Positions 63,362 to 64,000 of a stretch of 64,000 nt of DNA are shown here, one piece after another. Made by a program: the position numbers and the translations under genes. The notes beneath the pieces are model-generated. The model was not told the DNA's origin, ran no database searches, and saw only the letters and a program-made list of their open reading frames with translations. Position 1 is the stretch's first letter. Each line of letters begins with the position of its first letter. Origin of the DNA: Candidatus Binatia bacterium (GTDB taxonomy: Bacteria; Desulfobacterota; Binatia; HRBIN30); NCBI GenBank assembly GCA_038245295.1, contig JBBRSP010000020.1:1-64000 (forward strand), written 5' to 3'.

Positions 63362-64000
63362 CTACGGAGTCATCAGCCAGCTGTAGCCCCGGCGTAGCGC
63401 TTCGTGCCCGCCGCTTTCGAGAACGTCCCCATGCGCTACAATGACGCGATCGAAGTCCCAGCTGAGAATGCGCTCGAGACTTTGACGTGCGGCAAGCCGA
63501 TCACGAATCAGCCACGGGTCGAGTTTGGACGGGCCGAAGTGGCCATAGCTGCGCAAGAGTTTCATCAGCAGCCTTGTTGGCGTAGCGGTCGCGGCGCCGA
63601 AGTTGAAGGCCAGATCGCACAGGATGAGCGTGCGACTGGGCTGGTGAAAAAAGACGACTTCGTTCTCGTAAGGACGTCCGCGAAAGAAGGTTTGCTGGAC
63701 CTCATCGCGCCATTCCTCGGGTGACTCATCACCGAGCACCGCTTCGAAGATGAGGTCGGGGCGTTTGCGCTCGAGCCCGGGGCCGATCCACAGCCGTGAC
63801 TGTGGATACGCTTTGGCCACGTCGCCGGCGTACAGGTGATGAACCCTGTTTGGGGCGACCGCGTAGGTGACCGATCCGAGTGCGTCGAGCTCATTGCGGA
63901 GCTGGTTATCCAAGGTCACCGGCGAGTGCAGCAGGAGACGATTGCCGGATAGTCGGATCACGGTCATCCGCGTCCCGACCGGCAGCCCGTAGAAGGTCTG
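63362..64000 (-). CDS. DUF4336-family (metallo-beta-lactamase-like) protein, 5' end beyond window
   Basis: GTRMTVIRL, LHSPV, APNRVHHLY, EVVFFHQPSRTLILCD, WDFDRVIVAHG. Confidence 0.88.
   Translation of the reverse strand, partial: QTFYGLPVGTRMTVIRLSGNRLLLHSPVTLDNQLRNELDALGSVTYAVAPNRVHHLYAGDVAKAYPQSRLWIGPGLERKRPDLIFEAVLGDESPEEWRDEVQQTFFRGRPYENEVVFFHQPSRTLILCDLAFNFGAATATPTRLLMKLLRSYGHFGPSKLDPWLIRDRLAARQSLERILSWDFDRVIVAHGDVLESGGHEALRRGYSWLMTP

Overview
A GC-rich bacterial chromosomal window. Gene content (many CoA/lipid catabolic genes, DUF4331/DUF748/DUF1329-type families, Thr/Pro-rich surface protein, TMTC-like protein) suggests a delta-proteobacteria-like lineage such as Binatota; this is inference, since no rRNA is present. 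It is mostly housekeeping and envelope genes: three tRNAs (Ala-CGC, Ser-CGA, Leu-TAG), lysA, msrPQ with a lipocalin, a type IIA topoisomerase pair in A-then-B order (probably parC-parE), degP, tamB plus an Omp85 with about 7 POTRA domains, lgt, mobA, tadA, gcdH and sppA. I found no integrase, transposase, cas gene or CRISPR array. The best candidate for an undescribed system is 22.8-29.7 kb: two secreted DUF4331-like proteins and a TPR lipoprotein converge on a ~1350-aa secreted beta-propeller + di-heme cytochrome c + Thr/Pro-stalk protein. Other points of note are a four-gene minor-pilin cluster ending in a 790-aa PilX/HpsA-like protein with a sigma54-type promoter, tadA whose stop codon lies inside the tRNA-Ser gene, two small ORFs missed by the ORF track (21 aa and 53 aa), a MITE apparently nested in a REP, a thiolase with altered catalytic motifs, and a decayed DUF1329-like gene beside tRNA-Leu. 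All family assignments come from motif recognition by eye, not database searches.
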